NCBI GenBank assembly: GCA_046291735.1
Contig: JBKBSK010000001.1
Location: 321,250 to 385,249, forward strand
DNA: 64,000 bases
Direction: 5' to 3'
From: Candidatus Thermochlorobacter sp.
GTDB lineage: Bacteria > Bacteroidota > Chlorobiia > Chlorobiales > Thermochlorobacteraceae
The translations under genes were made by a program, and so were the position numbers. Numbering within the stretch: position 1 is the stretch's first letter; each line of letters opens with the position of its first letter. This document shows, piece after piece, positions 27,961-37,306 of this stretch. The notes beneath the pieces are model-generated. The model made no database searches. It saw only the letters and a list, made by a program, of their open reading frames with translations, and was not told where the DNA came from.

Positions 27961-29163
27961 ATGAAACTTTTGTTTCTTCGTACAGATTTTACAGGCACGC
28001 AGCGTGTCGGTGGTTCATTTTCTCATGTGAAGGGTTTTCTGGGCGGCTTGCGTGAGCTTGGCGTGGAAGTGATTACAGCGGCAACTGCGCCGATTGATGA
28101 GCATTACACATTTTACCCGATTCAATACAATCCTTTTTACTCGAACTTACCTGAAATTGCTTCCATCGCACATAATCAAACCTTGAAGCAGGCGTTGCCC
28201 GAGATTCTTGCTCGTGAAAAACCCGATGTGATTTATCAGCGCCACAGTGAATTTATCTATGCAACGTCGCAGATTGCAGCACAGCATCGAATTCCGTTAC
28301 TCTTAGAGGTCAATGGCATTGAGACCTGGATAAAAAAAAATTGGGGCAGGCTGACCTTTAAGCGTCTCTCTTTGCAAAGTGAAAAAGTGCAGTTTCAATC
28401 TGCTAATGCGCTGTTTGTAATCTCAGAAGTGCTTAAGACGGAACTGTTGCAGCAGTTTAATTTGCCTGCTGAAAAAGTTTATGTCAACCCCAATGGCGTC
28501 GATGTCGACAAGTTTTCTGATGAGATTGATGGCTGCGCATTTTTTAAAACCTTGTCACAAGCGCTTCAAACAAGATGGCAGGGTAAATTTCTCTGCGGTT
28601 TTGTGGGTACATTTGGGGAGTGGCATGGGGTCGAAGTTTTAGCAAAGGCTGTGAAGCCGACAGTTGAAAAAAATCCGACTGTGCATTTTATGCTTATTGG
28701 CGATGGGAAACTCAGAAGAACTGTGGAAGATATTTTAGATGAAAATGGTGTGCGCGACTATGTTACGATGTTAGGACTTGTAGCGCACGATCTTGTGCCA
28801 AAGTACCTTTCGCTTTGCGAAGTGCTGCTCTCACCGCATGTGCAGAACGCTGATGGCACAGTGTTTTTTGGCTCACCGACAAAACTGTTCGAATATATGG
28901 GGATGGGAAAAGCCATTATTGCTGCAGGTGTCGGACAAATTGCTGATGTGATTGAGCACGAAAGAAATGGGCTTATTATGCGGCATCGTGACCACAATGA
29001 TCTAGCTGAAAAAATTCTTTACCTTGCCGAGCATCCTGACTTACGAAAGCGATTAGGCAAAGCCGCACGAAAAGATGCAGTTGAGAGATTCTCGTGGAAA
29101 GAAAATGCGCGGCGTGTATTGAACGTCTTTGAGCATATCCAACGTACCCGATGCACGCCTTAA
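27961..29163 (+). CDS. Glycosyltransferase family 4 (GT-B)
   Basis: C-terminal GT1/GT4 signature: FVGTFGEWHGVEVLAKA..., SPHVQNADGTVFFGSPTKLFEYMGMGKAIIA..., E.ERNGLI. Confidence 0.85.
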   Translation: MKLLFLRTDFTGTQRVGGSFSHVKGFLGGLRELGVEVITAATAPIDEHYTFYPIQYNPFYSNLPEIASIAHNQTLKQALPEILAREKPDVIYQRHSEFIYATSQIAAQHRIPLLLEVNGIETWIKKNWGRLTFKRLSLQSEKVQFQSANALFVISEVLKTELLQQFNLPAEKVYVNPNGVDVDKFSDEIDGCAFFKTLSQALQTRWQGKFLCGFVGTFGEWHGVEVLAKAVKPTVEKNPTVHFMLIGDGKLRRTVEDILDENGVRDYVTMLGLVAHDLVPKYLSLCEVLLSPHVQNADGTVFFGSPTKLFEYMGMGKAIIAAGVGQIADVIEHERNGLIMRHRDHNDLAEKILYLAEHPDLRKRLGKAARKDAVERFSWKENARRVLNVFEHIQRTRCTP

Positions 29164-30416
29164 TCAAAATTCTCAAAGGTGAGTTCCATAGCTACACAGC
29201 AAAGCAAACCTATTTGCTGTACACCTCGCAACTCTTGGGGATGCTACTCAGTGGCTTTACCTACTACCTGCTTGCAAAGCATCTCTCCAAAGAAGCATTT
29301 GGTGACCGAGAACTGATTCTCAAAATTGTAACCTTTATGCTAAACTTCTTCGAGTTCGGTATTTTTACAGCAGGCTCACGGCTACTAGCAATTGAGCGAA
29401 ATAGACAAGTTGAACGCCAAATTGTCTCGGGCTTGATGTTCATTGGGCTTGGTATCGCGCTCTCTTTTGCTGTAGTGCTCATGCTTTTAGGCTTGTTCAT
29501 AGATACCTTGTTCAAAACCAATCAAGATTTGACACTTATTGTGGTTTGCTTTTCCTTACCGCTGTCGTTTTCTGTCTTCACATTTTTTTTTCAGCTAATT
29601 TATCAAGGCACAAATGAGATTTTGAAGTTGTCATTTTTCAATTTTGTTCCCCGTTTCGGGCATGTTGTGCTACTGGTAGCTTGGTTGCTCTTCGATGAAC
29701 TTACTTTGCTTACTTCGTTATCACTTTACAGTATCGTCACAGTAGTCGTAACATTAGCTCTCATTCTAAAAGCCTCACCATCATTACAAGCTTGGAAAGC
29801 GTGCAAGGCAATTTTAATAAATGAAACGAAGCAGTACGGCCTCCCTGTCTATCTTGGTCGCTTGATTGGGATGACAGCATATAATTTAGACTCACTCATT
29901 CTCGCCACATGTTTTGGCAGCAATGCAGTAGGCAATTATGCCATCATGATGTTTTTTGTAACCCCCATCTCAGCATTTTCAGACGCCTTCTTGTCAGCTA
30001 GTTTCAAGCGAATGGCTGGCCATCGCAAGATCTCCAAGGATGTATATTGGATAAACTTTTTGGGGTTGGCAGGACTCACCACAGCGTATTTCTTCATTGG
30101 TCCGTCAGTATTTGGACTTGTTTTCCAGAAGTATCGTGAAAGTTTATTGCTGATGTATCCACTGGCAGTTGCCATGCTGATAACAGGATTAACAAAGCCT
30201 TACAATGCCTTTTTGTCGATCATGGGTGAAGGCAAAAAACTACAAGGCACGGCGATTGCCTTAGCCATTTCTAGCACCTTACTTAACTTTTCACTAATTC
30301 CAGCATTTGCAGAAATAGGTGCAGCTCTGGCATCGGTATGTGTTGTTACCATCAACCTAATTGTTCACATTATTCTGTATAAGCTATCTATAAGAGAAAA
30401 GGAATATGTCAGCTGA
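29151..30416 (+). CDS. Oligosaccharide/polysaccharide flippase (Wzx-like, MOP superfamily)
   Basis: 421 aa with about 12 TM helices and glycan-cluster context. Its start overlaps the GT4 stop by 13 nt. Confidence 0.7.
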   Translation: MHALIKILKGEFHSYTAKQTYLLYTSQLLGMLLSGFTYYLLAKHLSKEAFGDRELILKIVTFMLNFFEFGIFTAGSRLLAIERNRQVERQIVSGLMFIGLGIALSFAVVLMLLGLFIDTLFKTNQDLTLIVVCFSLPLSFSVFTFFFQLIYQGTNEILKLSFFNFVPRFGHVVLLVAWLLFDELTLLTSLSLYSIVTVVVTLALILKASPSLQAWKACKAILINETKQYGLPVYLGRLIGMTAYNLDSLILATCFGSNAVGNYAIMMFFVTPISAFSDAFLSASFKRMAGHRKISKDVYWINFLGLAGLTTAYFFIGPSVFGLVFQKYRESLLLMYPLAVAMLITGLTKPYNAFLSIMGEGKKLQGTAIALAISSTLLNFSLIPAFAEIGAALASVCVVTINLIVHIILYKLSIREKEYVS

Positions 30417-31221
30417 CCTCTTTGAAAAAAGCCATCATTTTGCCGCAGAAGTACTTGCTGAAAGCCTCAAACAAATTGATATTCAGCGTATTGCTAAGCA
30501 TAACAAAGGATACCTACGCTATGCAAAAGACCCTGTACAAAGTTTTGTCTTTGCCGAAAAAGCTCGCTTTCTCGACGATGTAAAATACATTTATCAAACA
30601 ACTGAGAAAGATGCAGAGATCTTAGATGCTGGTACATTTATACCAGTTATTCCACTGATGCTAAAATTTTTAGGATACAAGTACATTACTGTAGCGGAAA
30701 AATTTAGCTTATATGACGGCGCAATTGACCCAGTACTAGCAGCAGCGAAGACTACTGGCATTGAAGTGATTGATGCAGATATTACGCAACCTTTTTCAAG
30801 CAAAAAGTATGACTTAATCCTGCTCTTAGCTGTGATTGAACATTTTTCTAGTTCACCGTTGCCGCTCATTCAAAATTTGAAAACACTATTCCGAACACCG
30901 AAAAGTCGGTTGCTTATCTCTGCGCCAAATTTCGCACGACTTGAAAATCGAATCGGACTTTTGCTCGGCAAAACGCCGCTCGTGGACATTGAGGAATTTT
31001 TACTCTCGGAACCACCTTTCACAGGACATAGCCGCGAATATACAGTCAAAGATTTTCGAAAACTTGCCGAACTTAGTGGGCTTGAGATTACCCATATTTC
31101 TGCAATGAGTTATAGCAGTCCTCGAAATCTGCGTGATAAAATTTTCACGCTTATACGAGCATACGGCGGGTTATCGCTTAACGAAATTATCCGAATTGAT
31201 ACAACACTAAAATATTCTTGA
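30406..31221 (+). CDS. Methyltransferase-fold protein with a degenerate SAM motif
   Basis: ILDAGTF replaces the usual GxGxG motif, followed by YDLILLLAVIEHF and LLISAPN, typical of Methyltransf_23-like enzymes. An RBS aaaaggaa precedes the ATG, and the gene overlaps the flippase by 11 nt. Confidence 0.6.
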   Translation: MSADLFEKSHHFAAEVLAESLKQIDIQRIAKHNKGYLRYAKDPVQSFVFAEKARFLDDVKYIYQTTEKDAEILDAGTFIPVIPLMLKFLGYKYITVAEKFSLYDGAIDPVLAAAKTTGIEVIDADITQPFSSKKYDLILLLAVIEHFSSSPLPLIQNLKTLFRTPKSRLLISAPNFARLENRIGLLLGKTPLVDIEEFLLSEPPFTGHSREYTVKDFRKLAELSGLEITHISAMSYSSPRNLRDKIFTLIRAYGGLSLNEIIRIDTTLKYS

Positions 31222-31223
31222 CG

Positions 31224-32036
31224 ATGAACGAAACGATCGACTATAAAGCGCAGGCGAAAAAACTATGGAACAACGATCCATGTGGTGCAGTGTATGCGCG
31301 AGAATTTGAACAAGGTACAAAAGAGTTTTATGAAAAAGTAGAAGCCTATCGCTATAATGACTACGCGCCTTGGATAAAAAAATTCGTGCCGTTCTCAGAG
31401 TTCAAAGGGAAAAAAGTGTTGGAAATCGGCGCAGGACTTGGCACGGATTTGCTTCAATTTGCTCGTGCTGGTGCGTTTTGCACTGACCTTGACCTCTCCG
31501 AAACACATCTAGAACTTGCACAAAAACGCTTCGCCCTCTACGGCTTCACAGGAACGTTTGTGCTTGGCGACGCAGAGAATTTACCCTTCGACGATAGCTC
31601 ATTTGATGGTGTTTTTTCAAACGGCGTGTTACATCACACACCGAATACGCAAAAAGCCATTGATGAAGTCTATCGTGTCTTGAAGCCTAACGGTAAAGCC
31701 ATGATTATGCTTTACCATAAGCAATCATTTTTTTATTGGTATCATCTTGTTTTTGGAAAAGGTATCGTCGGCGGACTTTATCGCAAAGGATTCACGACGC
31801 AAGATTTACTCAATCGCTTTGTTGAATATACTGAATCTGACGCCTTGCCACTTGTCAAATGCTACACGAAAGCCGAGTGCAAGCAAATGTTTTCCAAATT
31901 CAAATCGATTGACCTCAAAGTTTGCCAGTTTACCAAGTCCGATATTCCATACATTGGCAAGTTTACCCCACAGTTCATCATTGATGCACTTGGTAGCGTT
32001 ATCGGTTGGAACATCTACATCACGGCGGTCAAATGA
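31224..32036 (+). CDS. Class I SAM-dependent methyltransferase, paralog of 27124-27945
   Basis: VLEIGAGLGTDLLQFARAG, and the block GVLHHTPNTQKAIDEVYRVLKP identical to the paralog. ATG 31224 is preferred; TTG 31218 is the alternative. Confidence 0.85.
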   Translation: MNETIDYKAQAKKLWNNDPCGAVYAREFEQGTKEFYEKVEAYRYNDYAPWIKKFVPFSEFKGKKVLEIGAGLGTDLLQFARAGAFCTDLDLSETHLELAQKRFALYGFTGTFVLGDAENLPFDDSSFDGVFSNGVLHHTPNTQKAIDEVYRVLKPNGKAMIMLYHKQSFFYWYHLVFGKGIVGGLYRKGFTTQDLLNRFVEYTESDALPLVKCYTKAECKQMFSKFKSIDLKVCQFTKSDIPYIGKFTPQFIIDALGSVIGWNIYITAVK

Positions 32037-33724
32037 TGTCGCCGTCGCTTATCATTCAGCACTACAGTTACAAAACACAGCGTATCGTCTGGAAACGCTG
32101 TAGCAAATTTTTGCTGCCAGTTGCACCAGTGCAACCAACTGGCAATTTTTCATTTATCACTCCCCCAAAAACATTGAATCAGCAGGATGTAGACAGCGTG
32201 CTTGCCCATCGCTTCACAATTTTCGGACATCACGTTCAGTTGCCGCAGCCAATCAACTGGCACTACGACCCGCTCTCCGACTACACTTGGGAAAACTCTT
32301 TGCCAGCTTCATCATTTAATTTTCTTAGTGCCCCTAAAGCAGATGTGAAAGTCGTCTGGGAGCTTTCACGCTTTCAGCATCTGCCTTTGCTTGCCGCTAC
32401 ATTCGTAGCACGAAACGAACAGCATCTGCTCGATGAAATTGTAGCGCAAGTGCAAAGCTGGCTTGCGCAAAATCCGCGCAACTTCGGCGTGCATTGGGTC
32501 GTGCCAATGGAAGCTGCCATTCGCTCCATCAATTGGATAGCTACACTTGCCCTACTCGGCAACCGTGCCCCACAATCACTCACCGAATCTATGCTTCGCA
32601 GTCTCTCTGAACATGCTGCATTTATCTACTGGAATATCGAGTTTGGCAAACGCAATGGCAATCACTATCTCTCCAATGGCTTAGGATTGCTCTGGCTCGG
32701 CATTTTTCTTGGCAAGAAAAACTATCTGCGTAAAGGCATCGCTATCGTGGAAGAATCTATGCGCACACAAGTCTATGACGATGGCGTCGACTATGAAAAG
32801 TCTAGTTCATATCACCGCCTCGTGCTGGAAATGTTTGAACTCTCACGCCTTGCAGCTGAAGCAAACGGCATCAGGTTTTCGGCAGAATTTTATCGCAAAC
32901 TCAAAGCCATGCACACCTTTCTTAATGCCACCATAAAACCCAACGGCGAACTCTGCAACATCGGCGATGACGACAGCGGCAGCGTGCTCGAGCACAGACT
33001 CTATAGCCTTGAAACACCTCCTTTGCCAACTTCATCAGGCTTATCAAAGCTCTTCAAGCAAGGCGGTTTTGCCGTGATGCACTATGGCAACACTCATCTA
33101 TTTTTCGACTTCGGTGATATCGGCATGCAAGGCTACGGCGGACATGGACACAACGACACACTCTCGTTTGAACTCTTCTTTGCTGGAGAAGACCTTATCG
33201 TCGATTCGGGCACTTTCAACTATACCTTGCACCAAGCCGAACGACAGTATTTTCGTAGCATTGAAGCACACAACACCATTCAAATTGACGGCAAGGAACT
33301 TGTGCCCTTCCGCAATCTCTGGTCAATCGTTGCCGATACGACAGCACCGAAATTGCTTGCATGGCAAAGTGATGAGCAGCAAGATGAAATCAGCGCGCAG
33401 ATTAACAACAACAGCGTTGTGCACCGCAGAACCATTCGATTCAATAAAGTTTCGCAGACCATCGAAATTCACGACACGCTGCTTGGACATGGCAAACATA
33501 CTGCAGTCTCACGCCTGCATTTTCATCCCACGCTTGTCCCGCTCTTAAATGGCAATACCATTACGGTTGGTCGCACACTTATCCGTGTTGAGGGCGCAAA
33601 GTATATCTGCTTAAAAGATAGCCAGTACTCAAAAGGCTATTACCAAAAAACGAAGAATGTTAAGGCAGAAATTTTTATTGAGTTCGAGAACGAATGGCAA
33701 GGCAGCATCAAAATCGAACGCTAA
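32033..33724 (+). CDS. Heparinase II/III-like family protein (alginate-lyase-like N-domain plus Hepar_II_III C-domain)
   Basis: ATG 32033 overlaps the upstream TGA (ATGA). Family-typical blocks: W.LSRFQHLP.LA, HWVVPMEAAIRSINWI, GNHYLSNGLGL, GHGHNDTLSFEL, HNT+QIDG. Confidence 0.75.
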   Translation: MMSPSLIIQHYSYKTQRIVWKRCSKFLLPVAPVQPTGNFSFITPPKTLNQQDVDSVLAHRFTIFGHHVQLPQPINWHYDPLSDYTWENSLPASSFNFLSAPKADVKVVWELSRFQHLPLLAATFVARNEQHLLDEIVAQVQSWLAQNPRNFGVHWVVPMEAAIRSINWIATLALLGNRAPQSLTESMLRSLSEHAAFIYWNIEFGKRNGNHYLSNGLGLLWLGIFLGKKNYLRKGIAIVEESMRTQVYDDGVDYEKSSSYHRLVLEMFELSRLAAEANGIRFSAEFYRKLKAMHTFLNATIKPNGELCNIGDDDSGSVLEHRLYSLETPPLPTSSGLSKLFKQGGFAVMHYGNTHLFFDFGDIGMQGYGGHGHNDTLSFELFFAGEDLIVDSGTFNYTLHQAERQYFRSIEAHNTIQIDGKELVPFRNLWSIVADTTAPKLLAWQSDEQQDEISAQINNNSVVHRRTIRFNKVSQTIEIHDTLLGHGKHTAVSRLHFHPTLVPLLNGNTITVGRTLIRVEGAKYICLKDSQYSKGYYQKTKNVKAEIFIEFENEWQGSIKIER

Positions 33725-33772
33725 TAACAACGGCTTTCATTTTCAAAAACCGAAATCATAGCTCAACTCAAT

Positions 33773-35725
33773 ATGTGTGGCATCGTTGGTATCTTTAACT
33801 ATGGTGGTTCATCCACACTCATCTGTGAAGACATACTTAAAGCAATGTCGGCAGAAATTGCCCATCGCGGTCCCGATGACGACGGCATTTACATCTCACC
33901 TGACGGCACAGTAGGCTTTGGCTTTCGTCGCCTTGCTATTATCGATCTCTCACCTGCTGGACATCAGCCCATGAGCAATGCTCTCAACTCTAAAAATCCT
34001 GAAGGCGATATCTGGATTGTCTTCAACGGTGAAATCTACAATCACTTGGAACTGCGTCAGGAGCTTGAACGAAAAGGCTATCGCTACAAGGGTCGCTCCG
34101 ACACGGAAACCCTTCTTTACGCTTATCAAGAATGGGGCATTGAGTGTATCAAAAAATTCTATGGCATGTTTAGCATCGCCTTGTGGGATTCACGCTCAGA
34201 AGAACTTTACCTTATCCGCGACCGCATCGGCATCAAACCTCTCTACTACACTTTCCAACACGGCGCGCTGTTTTTCGCCTCTGAAATTAAAGCGATTCTC
34301 AAACACCCCAGCATTAGCAAAGAGCTGAACTTGCAAGGGCTCTACGACTATCTTTCGCTGCTGACCACACCGCCCGGCGAGACACTCTTCAAAAATATCT
34401 TCAAACTCGAAGCCGGACACTATGCACGCATCACGCGCCAAGGCGATATGCAAAAAGTCAAGTACTGGGACTTGACACATCAAACAGAGCCCTTCCCACA
34501 AGAAGAGTTTTATGTAGAATCGTTTTGTGTCAGAAACATTCGTCGGCTACTGCGCGATTCTATCAAACTGCGCATGATATCCGACGTGCCTTTCGGAGTA
34601 ATGCTCTCTGGTGGCATCGATTCCTCCATGAATGTAGCACTCATGTCAGAATTGATGTCGCGCCCAGTAGAGACTTTTACCGTTGGCTTCAAAGATTTGG
34701 AAAAATACAACGAGCTTGAGTATGCGCGTCAGATTGCTACAGTGTTTCACACCAATCATCACGAGATTCTGCTCACAGAACAAGATGCCATAGACTTTTT
34801 GCCGAAGATGGTCTGGCATCAAGATGAACCCAATGCTGACCCTGTCTGTGTGCCACTTTACTTCGTAAGCAAGTTAGCTTGCGACTCTGGCACTATCGTT
34901 GTGCAAGTCGGTGAAGGCTCTGATGAAGAATTTTCTGGCTACTTGCACTACCTACGCGAATGGCGCTACTACTACTACTACTATTCACTTTTGCCACAAG
35001 CCTTGAAAGACATCGCTTATCGAGTTGCCAAGATGCTGCGAGGGACTTCTCTGCCTGCAGAATACGCTCGACGCGCTAGCGAAAATGATGTGCCGTTTTA
35101 CGGCGGCGCAGTGAGTTTTACCGAAGAAATGAAAAGGTCCTTGCTCACAGCGTCTTACAGGCACAGGCTGCAGTCCAGCGGCAGAATTGTAGAAAAGTTT
35201 TTTTCAGAACTGCAACAACTTCTGCCAGATGCGCGCAGCGAAGATTACTTGCGCAAGATGATCTATGCCGAGTTCAAATCCCGTTTAGCTGAACTGCTTC
35301 TCATGCGCGTCGACAAAATGTCAATGGCGGTCTCAATCGAAGCGCGCGTGCCTTTTTTGGATCATCGCCTCGTTGAGTTTGCTTTTCGCATTCCACAGCG
35401 CTTGAAGCTCAAACATGGTGAGCCAAAATACATCATGAAGAAAGCAGCTGAGGGCATTCTTCCAGACAACATTATCTATCGCAAAAAGCAAGGCTTTGCG
35501 GCACCATCAAGCGAATGGCTACGCAGCGGCAAGCTCTCACCTATTGCTGAAGCACGGATTCTGGGTTCAGGACTAATGAAAATGAACCTATTTAGTAAAA
35601 AGTATATTCAGCGCTTGTTTGAAGAACATCGCACTGGCACACGCAGCTATGGCTCGCAACTGTGGACGCTGCTGGTGCTTGCCGAGTGGTATGCACAGCA
35701 TTTTGAACGCAGCGCTCCTAATTGA
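33773..35725 (+). CDS. Asparagine synthase (glutamine-hydrolysing) family amidotransferase, glycan-cluster type
   Basis: An MCGIVGIF Ntn nucleophile, RGPDD, and the PP-loop SGGIDSS (as MLSGGIDSS). At 650 aa it is like the EPS-locus AsnB paralogs. Confidence 0.85.
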   Translation: MCGIVGIFNYGGSSTLICEDILKAMSAEIAHRGPDDDGIYISPDGTVGFGFRRLAIIDLSPAGHQPMSNALNSKNPEGDIWIVFNGEIYNHLELRQELERKGYRYKGRSDTETLLYAYQEWGIECIKKFYGMFSIALWDSRSEELYLIRDRIGIKPLYYTFQHGALFFASEIKAILKHPSISKELNLQGLYDYLSLLTTPPGETLFKNIFKLEAGHYARITRQGDMQKVKYWDLTHQTEPFPQEEFYVESFCVRNIRRLLRDSIKLRMISDVPFGVMLSGGIDSSMNVALMSELMSRPVETFTVGFKDLEKYNELEYARQIATVFHTNHHEILLTEQDAIDFLPKMVWHQDEPNADPVCVPLYFVSKLACDSGTIVVQVGEGSDEEFSGYLHYLREWRYYYYYYSLLPQALKDIAYRVAKMLRGTSLPAEYARRASENDVPFYGGAVSFTEEMKRSLLTASYRHRLQSSGRIVEKFFSELQQLLPDARSEDYLRKMIYAEFKSRLAELLLMRVDKMSMAVSIEARVPFLDHRLVEFAFRIPQRLKLKHGEPKYIMKKAAEGILPDNIIYRKKQGFAAPSSEWLRSGKLSPIAEARILGSGLMKMNLFSKKYIQRLFEEHRTGTRSYGSQLWTLLVLAEWYAQHFERSAPN

Positions 35726-35785
35726 AAACCTTTACACAATTGCGTATCTTTCTGTTTCGAAAAAAACCTCTATTTACGGTTTATC

Positions 35786-37267
35786 GTGTCGAGATTTTAC
35801 TCATCTTATCGTGAGTTGCGTGAGCAACTGCTCTCTAAGGCTGTAACCTGCGAAAGTGTTGTCAAGCAATACCTTGACCAGATTGCAAAGACGAAGCACC
35901 TGAACATTTTCATTACAGTCTTTGAAGACTCTGCCCTAGCGCGTGCCAGAGCTTTGGATCAAAAACTTGCTTCAGGTGCAGCTCTTGGCAAACTTTTCGG
36001 ATTGCCGATTGCTATAAAAGACAACATTGCCGTTGCCGGTGAGCGCCTGACCTGCGCTTCGCGCACGCTCTCAAACTATATCAGCATTTACAACGCAACT
36101 GCCATTGAACGCTTGCTCAATGAAGATGCGATTCTGCTTGGCAAAACGAATATGGACGAATTTGCTATGGGCAGTTCGAACGAGAACTCCTATTTCGGTG
36201 CAGTGAAAAATCCATTAAATGAGGAGCGTGTGCCGGGCGGCAGTTCGGGTGGTTCTGCAGCAGCAGTTGCGGCAGATTGCGCGCTGGTCGCATTGGGTTC
36301 AGATACGGGTGGCTCAGTGCGTCAGCCTGCGTCGTTTTGTGGCATTGTGGGCTTGAAGCCTACCTATGGCAGAGTCTCGCGTTATGGCTTGGTAGCTTTC
36401 GGCTCGTCCTTTGATCAAATCGGTGTGCTATCAAAGACCGTTGAAGATGCCGCACGGGTTCTGGAAGTAATCGCCGGTGAAGATCCACGTGATGCAACTT
36501 CGTCTAATGCACCCGTACCGTCTTACAGCGCAGAGATGAAATTTAGAGACACGATTGCACGCATTGCAGAGCGGGCGCCAAGTGCAAAAGGCTTGGAACT
36601 TCAAGGACTTAGAATTGGCATACCAAAGGAGTTTTTCACAGAAGGCTTAGATTCAGAAGTCCATAGCCTTATCCGCTCACGGCTTGAACTGCTTTCGGAG
36701 AAAGGCGCAACGCTCGTAGATATCTCACTGCCTTACTCTGAATATGCCCTTGCCACATACTACATTCTTGCCACTGCTGAAGCGTCATCCAATCTTGCGC
36801 GCTACGATGGCGCACGCTACGGGTATCGCGCTGAAAATGTCCAAGACCTCAACGAAATGTACGTGCGCTCACGCAGCGAAGGTTTTGGTGCAGAAGTCAA
36901 ACGGCGCATTATGCTCGGCACCTATGTGCTTTCAGCAGGATATTATGACGCGTATTACAAAAAGGCGCAAAAAGTCCGTACCCTGATTCGTGAAGATTAT
37001 CGCAAAGCCTTCAAAGATGTCGATGTGATAGTCTCACCAACATCACCTTTTCCTCCATTCAAGCTCGGCGAAAAGATGAGCGACCCCTTGCAGATGTACC
37101 TTGCAGACATTTACACGGTGCCCATGAATCTTGCAGGTGTGCCTGCTATCAGTGTGCCTGCTGGCTTGACAGCGCAAGGCTTGCCTGTTGGCATTCAATT
37201 CGTGGCAAATTCATTTGCTGAAACCACACTCTTTCAAGTCGCACATGCGCTTGAAGTGCATGCGTAA
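35786..37267 (+). CDS. gatA: Glutamyl/aspartyl-tRNA amidotransferase subunit A
   Basis: The amidase signature [20 protein letters not shown]...[14 protein letters not shown]...[32 protein letters not shown] is present. GTG start. Confidence 0.95.
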   Translation: MSRFYSSYRELREQLLSKAVTCESVVKQYLDQIAKTKHLNIFITVFEDSALARARALDQKLASGAALGKLFGLPIAIKDNIAVAGERLTCASRTLSNYISIYNATAIERLLNEDAILLGKTNMDEFAMGSSNENSYFGAVKNPLNEERVPGGSSGGSAAAVAADCALVALGSDTGGSVRQPASFCGIVGLKPTYGRVSRYGLVAFGSSFDQIGVLSKTVEDAARVLEVIAGEDPRDATSSNAPVPSYSAEMKFRDTIARIAERAPSAKGLELQGLRIGIPKEFFTEGLDSEVHSLIRSRLELLSEKGATLVDISLPYSEYALATYYILATAEASSNLARYDGARYGYRAENVQDLNEMYVRSRSEGFGAEVKRRIMLGTYVLSAGYYDAYYKKAQKVRTLIREDYRKAFKDVDVIVSPTSPFPPFKLGEKMSDPLQMYLADIYTVPMNLAGVPAISVPAGLTAQGLPVGIQFVANSFAETTLFQVAHALEVHA

Positions 37268-37306
37268 CAAATTTACCAACAGCAGTTTAACCATCAAGAA
37301 AAAAAG

